Positions 1 to 8,621 of a stretch of DNA of 64,000 bases are shown piece by piece. How positions within the stretch are numbered: the first letter of the stretch is position 1; every line of letters begins with the position of its first letter. A model generated the notes under the pieces. That model was given only the letters and a program-made list of their open reading frames with translations. It had not been told where the DNA came from and searched no databases. Origin of the DNA: an uncultured Actinomycetota bacterium (GTDB taxonomy: Bacteria > Actinomycetota > Actinomycetes > JAHEKZ01); the NCBI GenBank assembly GCA_963718235.1, contig CAVQYR010000002.1, positions 640,001-704,000 on the forward strand. Direction: 5' to 3'. A program made the translations under genes and the position numbers.

Positions 1-973
1 CGCGGCCCTGTCAGAGGGTGAGCGCCTCGAACGGATCGACAAGATCGGCGTGGTCGGTCGAGTGTCACCCGAACACAAGGTGCTCATGGTCCAGACCCTG
101 CTCAAGACGGGCGACGTCGTCGCGATGACTGGCGACGGGGTCAACGACGCACCGGCGATCAAGACCGCCGACATCGGCATCGCCATGGGCACGGGCACCC
201 AGGTCGCCAAGAACGCCGGAAAGATGATCCTCACCGACGACAACTTCGCCACGATCGTGCGTGCCGTGTTCGTGGGACGCAAGGTCTACGACAACATGCT
301 GAAGTACATCCGCTTCATGCTCGTCGCCCTGGTCACCTACGTGGTCACGTTCCTGATGGCCAGCATCCTCAACATCGCCGGCGGACAGCCCTTCACCGCC
401 GTCCAGATCCTGTGGATCAACTTCCTGATCACCGCACCGGTCGGCATCGCGTTGGGCCTGGACAAGGCCACCCCCGGGCTGATGAAGCGCCAGCCCCGCC
501 CACGCTCGGCCCCGATCATGTCTCCGGCTGTGATCATCACCGTCGCCCTGGCCGGGCTGTTCATGTCGGTGGCGATCAACCTGCTCATCGTGTTCGGGGA
601 GAACGAGTACGACAAGACCTCGATCGGCAGCACGATGGGTCTGGTCGCCTTCTCGCTGATGCTCGTGGTCGCCGCCTTCGAGAGCCGCGACGACAAGATG
701 TCGATCCTGCGCCAGGAGACCTTCGACAACCGCACGGTGAACATGACCGCCGTCGTGGAGGTCGCCCTGGCCATCCTGATCGCGAAGGGCGTCTTCCTGC
801 CGTCCCTGCTCAGCACGACCGAGCTCACCGGCGAGCAATGGCTGCTCGGCGCCGTCCCTGCGCTGCTGCTCTTCATCGGGTGGGAGCTCGGGAAGTGGGT
901 GGCGCGACTCAGGACGAGCGATGCCGAAGCCGCAGAGCCGGTAGGGGCGCTCGCGGCCACGGCTTCCGCGTGA
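1..973 (+). CDS. Cation-transporting P-type ATPase, C-terminal part (gene starts before the window)
   Basis: Frame is open from the window edge; contains RVSPEHK and the P-type hinge MTGDGVNDAPAIKTADIGIAMG, then QILWINFL and several TM helices typical of P2-type ATPases. Confidence 0.92.
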   Translation, partial: AALSEGERLERIDKIGVVGRVSPEHKVLMVQTLLKTGDVVAMTGDGVNDAPAIKTADIGIAMGTGTQVAKNAGKMILTDDNFATIVRAVFVGRKVYDNMLKYIRFMLVALVTYVVTFLMASILNIAGGQPFTAVQILWINFLITAPVGIALGLDKATPGLMKRQPRPRSAPIMSPAVIITVALAGLFMSVAINLLIVFGENEYDKTSIGSTMGLVAFSLMLVVAAFESRDDKMSILRQETFDNRTVNMTAVVEVALAILIAKGVFLPSLLSTTELTGEQWLLGAVPALLLFIGWELGKWVARLRTSDAEAAEPVGALAATASA

Positions 974-983
974 GCGCAATGGG

Positions 984-1055
984 TGCCCCCGGCAGGATTC
1001 GAACCTGCGCGCATGCCTCCGGAGGGCACCGCTCTATCCCCTGAGCTACGGGGGC
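984..1055 (-). tRNA. tRNA-Arg (anticodon CCG)
   Basis: Reverse complement GCCCCCGTAGCTCAGGGGATAGAGCGGTGCCCTCCGGAGGCATGCGCGCAGGTTCGAATCCTGCCGGGGGCA: acceptor stem GCCCCCG/CGGGGGC, anticodon loop CTCCGGA, T-loop TTCGAAT. Confidence 0.97.
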
Positions 1056-1120
1056 CAGGGACGGCGCCGAGGCTAGCAGCCGCTGGATCCGGGTTCCGAA
1101 TCGAGCCGGCCGGTCGCCGG

Positions 1121-1522
1121 TCAGTCGGCTTGCAGCGCCTGACGCGTGGCCTTGGAGACCTTGGCAGCGCCCGACTCCAGCGCCTTGCGGTGCCAAGGGA
1201 CGACCCCGTCGATCTCGATGTCCAGGGAGATGCTGAGCACGGTCCGAATCAGCACGATGACCCCGAGGACGAGCACGTTGTCCAGCGTCGGGTCCACCGT
1301 CACCGTCCGGGTGAGATCGGCGGCGATCAGGATCTCCAGGGCCAGCAGCAGGGCCCCGCCGAACACGGTGCGAAAGGTCCTCACGCTTGCGTGCATGCCG
1401 CGGCGGCGCTGCAGCGAGATCGCCGACACGAGGGCCGACCAGACCAGCCCCAGGAACAGGACCAGGACTCCGGTGACCTCGAAGACGACGGTGACCCGCT
1501 CGAAGAACTCAGTGGCGGTCAC
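1121..1522 (-). CDS. DUF1622 family small membrane protein
   Basis: Motifs LLLALEILIAADLTRTV..PTLDNVLVLGVIVLIRTVLS.SL..EIDG..PW characteristic of DUF1622. Confidence 0.8.
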   Translation of the reverse strand: MTATEFFERVTVVFEVTGVLVLFLGLVWSALVSAISLQRRRGMHASVRTFRTVFGGALLLALEILIAADLTRTVTVDPTLDNVLVLGVIVLIRTVLSISLDIEIDGVVPWHRKALESGAAKVSKATRQALQAD

Positions 1523-1526
1523 TGGG

Positions 1527-3017
1527 CTAGCGTACGACGACCCGCAGCAGGCTCATGTCACGTGCGATCGCGCCCCGGACGTGCCCGAACGGGGCAGCCG
1601 CGGTCGCCTGGAGGAACTCGACGACCTCGGCGGACACCACCTCGCCCGGGAGCAGGTTCGGGATCCCGGGCGGGTAGGCGGCGACGGTGTCGGCGGAGAC
1701 CCGACCGACCGCATCCCGGGCGTCGACGACCTCGGTGGGCGCGAAGTAGGCGTCGCGGACGCTGGTGGCGCGCTCACCGCAGGCCGGCAGCTCGATGTGC
1801 CGGGCACTGGTCGCGCCGGTCGCAGGCAGCCGGTGCAGCGCGTCGGTGAACCGGTCGACGTCTGGGGTGGCTCCGGCCCCGATCACGGCGACGACGACCG
1901 CGTCGGTCGACATCTCCAGGTGGATCTGCTCGTGCTCGAACAACAGGTGTCGGGCCTCGTGCCCGCTGATGTCCCCGGCCCGGGTGTCGATGACCACACG
2001 CAGCGGGTCGAGACGCAGCACGTCGTCGAAGGCGAGGATGCGCTCGTCGGCCAGTCTGAAACGTCCCTCGCGCTCCACCGCGTGGCGCATCTTGGCTGCG
2101 GCCTCGACGCTCGCGGTGATCGTGTCGTGACCGTTGACCGCGAGCTGGCGCCGGGCCAGGTCCAGGGAGGCCATGAGGAGGGCGCTGGCCGACGTCGACT
2201 GCATCGAGCGAAACGCTCGGTCGATGAGGGGCTCGAGGCGGTCGGCGAACTCGCCGTGACCGAGGTGCAGCATGGCCGACTGGGTCAGGCTGCCGGCCAG
2301 CTTGTGCGTCGAGGAGATCACCAGATCTGCGCCGAGGCGCAGCGCATTGGTCGGGAGCTGCGGGTGGAACCCGAAGTGGGAGCCCCACGCCTCGTCGACG
2401 ACGAGTGGCACGCCATGGCGGTGCGCGACGTCCGCGAGTGCCTCGACGTCGGCCACCGCGCCGAAGTACGACGGTGTGACGACGTAGGCGGCGGTCGAAC
2501 CAGGGTGAGCGGTCAGCGCGAGCTCGAGGCCGTCGGGCGTGACGCCGTGGGCGATCCCGAGCTCGGTGTCGATCGACGGGTGGACGAACTGAGCGTCGAG
2601 GCCGGCGAGGGCCAGGCCGTCGACGACGCTGGAGTGGACCGACCGCTGGACGAGCAGCTGGGTGCCCATGCCGCGCAGGGCGAGGCACGCCACCAGGTTG
2701 CCCTTGGAGGCCCCGTTGGTGAGGAACCAGGTGCGGCGGGCTCCCCACGCCTGGGCGGCGAGGTAGGCAGCCTGCCCGAGCGGGGTCGGGTGGTCGCCGT
2801 AGTCGATCCCGTCGGTGAGCGGGGGGATGTCCAGCTCGAGCGCCCGCATCCCGAGGAACTCGGCCAGCCCCGGCTGGGCGGTGGCCGACGCCTGGTGCCC
2901 CGGGACGTCCAGGCGCAGGGGTGCGGTGGCGGCGTAGGCCTGGAGGGCCTGCGCGTAGGGGGCAGCGGTCTGGTCGAGGCCGGGCAGGGTCGCGGCGAGG
3001 GAGTCGAAGGGAGTCAC
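1527..3017 (-). CDS. Orn/Lys/Arg decarboxylase (fold-type I PLP enzyme)
   Basis: VPGH, FLTNGAS, RSVHSS, VDEAWG, PLP-lysine motif SSTHKLAGSLTQSA and C-terminal YPPGIP; GTG at 3017 chosen as start. Confidence 0.88.
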   Translation of the reverse strand: MTPFDSLAATLPGLDQTAAPYAQALQAYAATAPLRLDVPGHQASATAQPGLAEFLGMRALELDIPPLTDGIDYGDHPTPLGQAAYLAAQAWGARRTWFLTNGASKGNLVACLALRGMGTQLLVQRSVHSSVVDGLALAGLDAQFVHPSIDTELGIAHGVTPDGLELALTAHPGSTAAYVVTPSYFGAVADVEALADVAHRHGVPLVVDEAWGSHFGFHPQLPTNALRLGADLVISSTHKLAGSLTQSAMLHLGHGEFADRLEPLIDRAFRSMQSTSASALLMASLDLARRQLAVNGHDTITASVEAAAKMRHAVEREGRFRLADERILAFDDVLRLDPLRVVIDTRAGDISGHEARHLLFEHEQIHLEMSTDAVVVAVIGAGATPDVDRFTDALHRLPATGATSARHIELPACGERATSVRDAYFAPTEVVDARDAVGRVSADTVAAYPPGIPNLLPGEVVSAEVVEFLQATAAAPFGHVRGAIARDMSLLRVVVR

Positions 3018-3113
3018 GGTGCCAGCATGCCCGGGTTCAGTGCCCAAGAGAAGTGGGCATCTGTCTTGCTCTGCTCCAGAGTCAGTATGGTGCTCACGCT
3101 AGGCTGCTGTGCT

Positions 3114-4013
3114 GTGCTGGACCTTCGACAGCTGACCGTGCTGCAGGCCGTGGCCCGGACGGGCTCCCTGGCTGCCGCCGCCCGCGAGCTGCACTACAGC
3201 CAGCCCACCGTCGCCCACCATCTGCAGGCGCTCGAGTCCCACCTCGGCGCCACCCTGGTGGAGCGCTCGGCCCGGGGGAGCGCCCTGACCGACCTCGGGC
3301 TGCTGTTCCTCGACCACGTCGAGGCCGTGGTCGACCGGCTCGCCTCGGCCGAGTCGGAGGTGAGAGCCCTCGCCCGGCACGGGGTGGTGACCCTGCGGAT
3401 CGGGACGTTCCCCACGGCGGGTGCACACGTGCTGCCCCGAGCCGTGGCAGCGGTGCAGCGGCGCACCGGCGTCCGGGTCGAGCTCGTCGAGGCCGAGCCG
3501 CCCCGGCTGCTGGCCCGCCTGGCGGGGCGCGAGCTGCATGCCGCGCTGATCTACGACCACCCCGACCACCCGGTGCACCTCGTGGAGGAGCTCGTCGTCA
3601 CGACCCTGTTCGACGACCCGTTCCTGGTGGTCCTGCCCGAGAGCCACCCGATGGCTCGTCGTCGCCACGTGCCGCTGCCCGCGCTGGCCGACGACGGATG
3701 GATCCTGTCCCACGACATCTCCGAGCCCGGTGACCAGGCCCTGCGGGCGGCCTGTGCGGCCGAGGGCTTCCTGCCCCGGCCGATCCTGCGCACCGACGAC
3801 TACGACGTCATCTTCGGCTTCGTGGCGGCCGGCGTCGGGATCGCACTGGTGCCGCAGATGGCCCTCGCGGAACGGGCCGGCGTCGTCGTCCGGCCCCTGG
3901 CCGACGTCTCGCTGGCCCGGTCGGTCCGGTTCGCCACCCATCGCGAAGGCGCACCTCCGGCGGTCGCGCCCCTGCTCCAGGCCCTGCGCCACGAGGCCCG
4001 TCAGCGGCGCTGA
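3114..4013 (+). CDS. LysR family transcriptional regulator, divergent from the decarboxylase
   Basis: HTH LDLRQLTVLQAVARTGSLAAAARELHYSQPTVAHHLQALE and C-terminal VAAGVGIALVP; the 955-aa ORF call is over-extended upstream. Confidence 0.92.
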   Translation: MLDLRQLTVLQAVARTGSLAAAARELHYSQPTVAHHLQALESHLGATLVERSARGSALTDLGLLFLDHVEAVVDRLASAESEVRALARHGVVTLRIGTFPTAGAHVLPRAVAAVQRRTGVRVELVEAEPPRLLARLAGRELHAALIYDHPDHPVHLVEELVVTTLFDDPFLVVLPESHPMARRRHVPLPALADDGWILSHDISEPGDQALRAACAAEGFLPRPILRTDDYDVIFGFVAAGVGIALVPQMALAERAGVVVRPLADVSLARSVRFATHREGAPPAVAPLLQALRHEARQRR

Positions 4014-4055
4014 TGCCGAGATCGGCCGGCCCGATGAGCTCTCTGGGCTCCAGGG

Positions 4056-4877
4056 CTACAGGGTCTGCACGCCGCTGCTCGTGACCGTGATCCTGCGGTC
4101 CCGACGGATCATGATGATGGCGGCGACGAGCGCGCTGATGAAGACCAGCACCTGCACCGCGAGGTCCGCGACGGCAAGGGTTCCGGTCGGGGCAGGCACG
4201 AACACCGACATGTCCCAGAGGCCGTGGGCGATCATGCCGACCACGAGGAGCCCCCGCACGCGGCGGAACAGGTACAGCACGACGCCGGCAGCGGAGGCCT
4301 GGAGGCACTGGTTGACCACGGTGGCGGGCGGAGAGCCGTTGAGGATGTTGGTGAGGTGGAAGAACCCGAACCACAGCGACGAGATCAGCATCACCCACGC
4401 CTCCGGGCGGAGGTTGGTGCGCAGGCTGCGCAGGATGATGCCGCGGAAGAGCGTCTCCTCGGCGAAGCCCACCAGGACGCCGGCCGCCAGGATCGCCAGG
4501 ATCAGGTCGGTGGGGGCCTCGCTCCAGTCAGCGACGGCGAGATGGACGACGATACCCACCGCGAACAGCGCGAGGGGTACCCAGAGGAACCCGTACACGG
4601 GAAGCCGCTGGGGGTCCTTGAAGACCCAGTCCCACCGCGCCCAGAGCACGAACACGATCAGCACGAGGGAACCACCGACCAGCGGGATCACCGCCGTCCG
4701 GAAGGCGTTCGCGCCGCTGTCGAACCACTCGTCGTAGGCGATTCCCGACGTGGAGGAGAGCCCGATGAACACGACGACGTAAGCGATGAACACTCCGACC
4801 GCCACCGGCACTGAGGGTGCGACCCGCCAGTTCGGCGATGTCGTGGTCGAGGTCGGCTGGGCGGCGTCCGCGCTCAT
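4056..4877 (-). CDS. CPBP (CAAX/Abi) family intramembrane glutamic endopeptidase
   Basis: EETLFRG, FGFFH and HGLWD motifs with multiple TM segments. Confidence 0.88.
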   Translation of the reverse strand: MSADAAQPTSTTTSPNWRVAPSVPVAVGVFIAYVVVFIGLSSTSGIAYDEWFDSGANAFRTAVIPLVGGSLVLIVFVLWARWDWVFKDPQRLPVYGFLWVPLALFAVGIVVHLAVADWSEAPTDLILAILAAGVLVGFAEETLFRGIILRSLRTNLRPEAWVMLISSLWFGFFHLTNILNGSPPATVVNQCLQASAAGVVLYLFRRVRGLLVVGMIAHGLWDMSVFVPAPTGTLAVADLAVQVLVFISALVAAIIMIRRDRRITVTSSGVQTL

Positions 4878-5004
4878 CGGTGGAACTCCGTTCGTGGTCG
4901 GGTCGGACCGAATCCAAGCGCAAACGACCGCGGTTCGCACCTCCGCGCACGGCGCCCACGGCGAGCCACCGAGGTCTCGCCTCGGTGGTGCCTACAGTGG
5001 GCTC

Positions 5005-5787
5005 GTGAGCGCAGGTGCAGCCCGAGACCCCGAGCGTCACGTGCTCGTCGACCGCTCCGGACGGGCCGTGCTCTCGTTCGTGCCCTACGGCGGGACACCC
5101 GGAGCCGACGCCGCCACCGCGCTGGCTCCGGTCGACGACGTCGTCCCGGTCGTCCTGGAGCAGCTGGCCGGGGCGCCCCTGGCCTCCGCGGACGACGCTC
5201 TCGTGGACGCGCTCGTAGCCGCGGGTGCCACGCCGCTGCGCTTCGCGCACCTGTTCAGCCGCGACCTGGTCGAGGACCCACCCGACCCGGCGTGGAAGGC
5301 GCCTCGGCTCCCGCCCGGGGTGCGGCTGGAGACCGACCCGCAGTCCGGCGGGGTGGAGCTGATCGACCAAGGGCGGTTGTCGATCCGGGCGTACCCGCAC
5401 GGGCACGCCGACCACGAGGGTGACGACGCCGAGCATGCGGCGAGCCAGCTGGCCCGGCTGTACGGCGGTGACTACATCGGCGAGGTGCTCACCGGATCGG
5501 TGCTGGCCGTCGACGGCGACCGGCTCGTCGCCGTGCTGATCGTCAACCGGATGCCCGGGACCGCGCCGCTCGGGGGCCCGTGGGTCAGCGAGGTCTTCCG
5601 CGAGCCGCACCCCCACTACGTGGGCCTCGGTACGACGTTGCTGCACCGGGCGATGGCGGTCCTCGCCGAGGCAGGGGAGGCCACCCTCTCCCTGGTGGTG
5701 ACCGACGGCAACCCCGCCCGGACGGTGTACGAGCGCGCGGGCTTCCGGTACTGCGGCAGCTCGCGAAAGGTGCGCCTACCTGGGTGA
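5005..5787 (+). CDS. GNAT family acetyltransferase
   Basis: C-terminal GLGTTLL...SLVVTDGNPARTVYERAGF acetyl-CoA motif; start chosen from TACAGT-6nt-GTG. Confidence 0.78.
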   Translation: MSAGAARDPERHVLVDRSGRAVLSFVPYGGTPGADAATALAPVDDVVPVVLEQLAGAPLASADDALVDALVAAGATPLRFAHLFSRDLVEDPPDPAWKAPRLPPGVRLETDPQSGGVELIDQGRLSIRAYPHGHADHEGDDAEHAASQLARLYGGDYIGEVLTGSVLAVDGDRLVAVLIVNRMPGTAPLGGPWVSEVFREPHPHYVGLGTTLLHRAMAVLAEAGEATLSLVVTDGNPARTVYERAGFRYCGSSRKVRLPG

Positions 5788-6780
5788 GGCGAGCCCCTCG
5801 CCGGCCCCGGTCGTCGTCACGGCGGCAGCGATCTCGGAGCGATCGGCCTCGGTGAGCTCCAGCGAACCGGCTCCGACCCAGCCCTCGACCTGCTCCGGGC
5901 GCCGCGCACCGACGATCGCCCCGGTGACCCCCGTCCAGGCCAGCGTCCACGCCACGGCGACCTCCGCCAGGGAGGCACCGTGCCGCTGGGCGACCGGGCG
6001 CAGGGCGTCGACGAGTGCCAGGTTGGCGTCGAGTGAGGTGGTGAAGTCGTCGTCGGACGAGCGCCAGTCATCGTCCGGGAGCGCCGCCACCCGCTCTTTG
6101 GAGAATGCGCCCGTGAGCAGACCCGACTGCATCGGGGAGTAGACGATCACGGCCGTGCCGTTCGTCGCGCACCACGGGATCACGTCGGCCGCGGCCCGAC
6201 GGTCGATCAGCGAGAAGGGCGGCTGCAGCGAGTCGACATGCCCGACCGCCTCGGCCCGGTCGAGCTCGTCGACGTCGAAGTTGCTCAGCCCCACCGCCTC
6301 GAAGAGCCCCTCCTGCTTCATGTCGAGCAGCGCCTGCCAGTACACCTCGAGCTCGACGCCGTCCTCGGCCGGCCAGTGCATCTGCATGAGGTCGACCTGG
6401 TCGACCCGAAGCCGCCGCAGCGACGCCTCTACCTGTCGGCGTAGGGCGGCGATGTCGCCGGTGGAGATCGGCTCGACCATGCGCTCCTGAGGTTCCACCG
6501 GGCCGCACTTGGTGAACACGTAGGGCCGATCGGCGTCGGAGTAGACGCTGAGGGCTTCGGCCACGATCTCCTCGCTGTGCCCGTAGCCGTAGACCCAGGC
6601 GGTGTCGATCCAGTTCACCCCGGCCTCGACCGCGCACCTGATCGCGGCCACCGACGTGTCGTCGTCCTGGGTTCCCCACCCGCCGGACCAGCCGGTTCCA
6701 CCGACGGCCCAGGCGCCGAACCCGACGCGGGTGATGTGCATGGCCGTTGTCCCGAGTGGAACCTGAGGAAGAGAGGTCAT
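5776..6780 (-). CDS. Aldo/keto reductase
   Basis: GFGAWAVGG, NWIDTAWVYG.GHSEE, TKCG, SLRRL..D.VDL.Q.HWP, GLSNF, YSPMQSGLLTG. Confidence 0.93.
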   Translation of the reverse strand: MTSLPQVPLGTTAMHITRVGFGAWAVGGTGWSGGWGTQDDDTSVAAIRCAVEAGVNWIDTAWVYGYGHSEEIVAEALSVYSDADRPYVFTKCGPVEPQERMVEPISTGDIAALRRQVEASLRRLRVDQVDLMQMHWPAEDGVELEVYWQALLDMKQEGLFEAVGLSNFDVDELDRAEAVGHVDSLQPPFSLIDRRAAADVIPWCATNGTAVIVYSPMQSGLLTGAFSKERVAALPDDDWRSSDDDFTTSLDANLALVDALRPVAQRHGASLAEVAVAWTLAWTGVTGAIVGARRPEQVEGWVGAGSLELTEADRSEIAAAVTTTGAGEGLASPR

Positions 6781-6881
6781 GGTGCGATCGTGCCACGGGG
6801 TCGTCCGGGTGGAGGATGCTGGAGCACTGGCTCTCGCGCGTCGGATGACTCCCGCGAGTCCTGTGCGGGAGACTCGCAGCC

Positions 6882-8555
6882 GTGAGTTCCTGCCCCGAAG
6901 GCAGCCGAAGGTCTCGCACCACGCTGCTCTCGCTGACCTACCCGGGGCTGGTCGGTGCCCTGCTCTTCTTCTTCTTGTCGCTCACGCCGTCACTGCTGCC
7001 GCGTCCGTGGGTGTACGAGGCGCTGGTGGCTGGTGTCGCCTCGTTGTTCGGCTACGCCCTCGGCACTTTCGTCTGGTGGGCGATCCGCAAGGTCTGGAGA
7101 CTGCCGGCGGCCCCCCGCGTCTCGCGCTGGGGCTGGATCGGGCTTGCCGTCGCGGGGCCCGTCGTGGTCGTCGGCTCCCTCTACGCCGGCTACCGCTGGC
7201 AGAACCAGGTCCGCGAGCTCGTCGGCGAGCCCGAGTCCCCGCGGGGCCACTTCATCCTGATCGCACTGGTCAGTGCTTTGGTCTTCGTCCTGTTCCTCGT
7301 GATCGCCAGGGGCGTGCGCTGGCTCACCCGGTCGGCCACTTCCCTGCTCGGTCGCGTGATTCCGCGGGCGATGGCGCAGACCGTCGCCGTCCTCTCCGTC
7401 GCCCTGGCGCTGTACTGGGTGGTGACCGGCGTCGCCTTCGAAGAGGCGGTGAGGTTCGCCGACAAGACCTACTCTGCTGAGAACGAGGGGACGCCGGTCG
7501 GAGTCACCCAGCCCACCTCGTCGCTGCGCTCGGGCAGCAACGACTCGCTGGCGCCGTGGGACACCCTCGGGTACCAGGGCCGCGGTTTCGTCGCGAGCGG
7601 ACCGACGGCGTCCGACATCACCGCGGTCACTGGCGAACCGGCCCTCGACCCGATCCGGGTCTACGCCGGGCTGGACAGCGCGGGCACGGCGCAGGAGCGG
7701 GCCGAGCTGATGGTGCGTGAGCTCGAGCGCACCGGTGCATTCGACCGCCGGGTACTCGTGGTGGCCGCAGCCACCGGAACCGGCTGGCTCGAACCGGCGG
7801 GGGTCAACTCGGTCGAGTACCTCTGGGGCGGCGACACGGCCATCGCCAGTATCCAGTACTCCTTCCTGCCGAGCTGGATCTCGTTCCTGGTCGACAAGGA
7901 GCGCGCGGCGGAAGCGGGGCAGGCGCTGTTCGACGCGGTGTACGGCCGGTGGTCCGAGCTTCCGGCCAGGCAGCGCCCGAAGCTGATCGCCTACGGCCTC
8001 AGCCTCGGGTCGTTCGCCGGGCAGGACGCCTTCTCCAGCGCGGTCGACATGGCCGCGCGCACCGACGGTGCGCTCTGGCTCGGGTCGCCGAGCTTCAGCG
8101 AGCCGCACGGCCAGATCGAGTCCGACCGCGACCCCGGCAGCCCGCAGTGGCGTCCGGTCTACCGGGACGGCGAGACCGTGCGCTTCGGTGCGATCTCCGC
8201 GGACTTCGTCGGAGCATCGAGCACGGAGTGGACGTTCCCCAGGGTGGCGTACCTGCAGCACGCCAACGACCCCGTGGTGTGGTGGGATCCTGCTCTGCTC
8301 CTCGAGCGACCGGACTGGCTGGACGAACCGCCGGGGACGGACCGCTCGCCGGCGATGCGCTGGATTCCGGTGGTGACCTTCCTGCAGGTGACCGTCGACC
8401 AGTTCTTCGGTACGTCGGTACCGGACCTGCAGGGCCACAACTACGGCGGCACCATGGTCGACGCGTGGCAGGCGGTCGTCCCGGCCGACGGGTGGACCGA
8501 GGCCGACCTCGTGGCGCTGCAGAAGAAGATCGACGACGAGCCGGACGACGACTGA
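6882..8555 (+). CDS. Membrane-anchored alpha/beta-hydrolase family protein (Abhydrolase_9-like)
   Basis: SLTPSLLPR, WDTLGYQGRGFV, PIRVYAGL, TGTGW, QYSFLPSW, GLSLG nucleophile, YLQHANDPV, GHNYG; N-terminal TM helices; start uncertain. Confidence 0.85.
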   Translation: MSSCPEGSRRSRTTLLSLTYPGLVGALLFFFLSLTPSLLPRPWVYEALVAGVASLFGYALGTFVWWAIRKVWRLPAAPRVSRWGWIGLAVAGPVVVVGSLYAGYRWQNQVRELVGEPESPRGHFILIALVSALVFVLFLVIARGVRWLTRSATSLLGRVIPRAMAQTVAVLSVALALYWVVTGVAFEEAVRFADKTYSAENEGTPVGVTQPTSSLRSGSNDSLAPWDTLGYQGRGFVASGPTASDITAVTGEPALDPIRVYAGLDSAGTAQERAELMVRELERTGAFDRRVLVVAAATGTGWLEPAGVNSVEYLWGGDTAIASIQYSFLPSWISFLVDKERAAEAGQALFDAVYGRWSELPARQRPKLIAYGLSLGSFAGQDAFSSAVDMAARTDGALWLGSPSFSEPHGQIESDRDPGSPQWRPVYRDGETVRFGAISADFVGASSTEWTFPRVAYLQHANDPVVWWDPALLLERPDWLDEPPGTDRSPAMRWIPVVTFLQVTVDQFFGTSVPDLQGHNYGGTMVDAWQAVVPADGWTEADLVALQKKIDDEPDDD

Positions 8556-8621
8556 GGTCATCCCCGGGCCAGGATCGACGACCTCTGGCCCCGGTCCTGA
8601 ACGGCGTGACAGGATCGGTCC

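Noticed and set aside
974-1120. tRNA as integration site of a prophage or ICE
   Set aside because: No integrase and no duplicated tRNA 3' end seen in the window; the region 3' of the tRNA mostly lies outside the window
1146-3113. Apparent 955-aa LysR fusion ORF
   Set aside because: The N-terminal ~650 aa are the antisense shadow of the decarboxylase and DUF1622 genes; the LysR HTH begins at 3114
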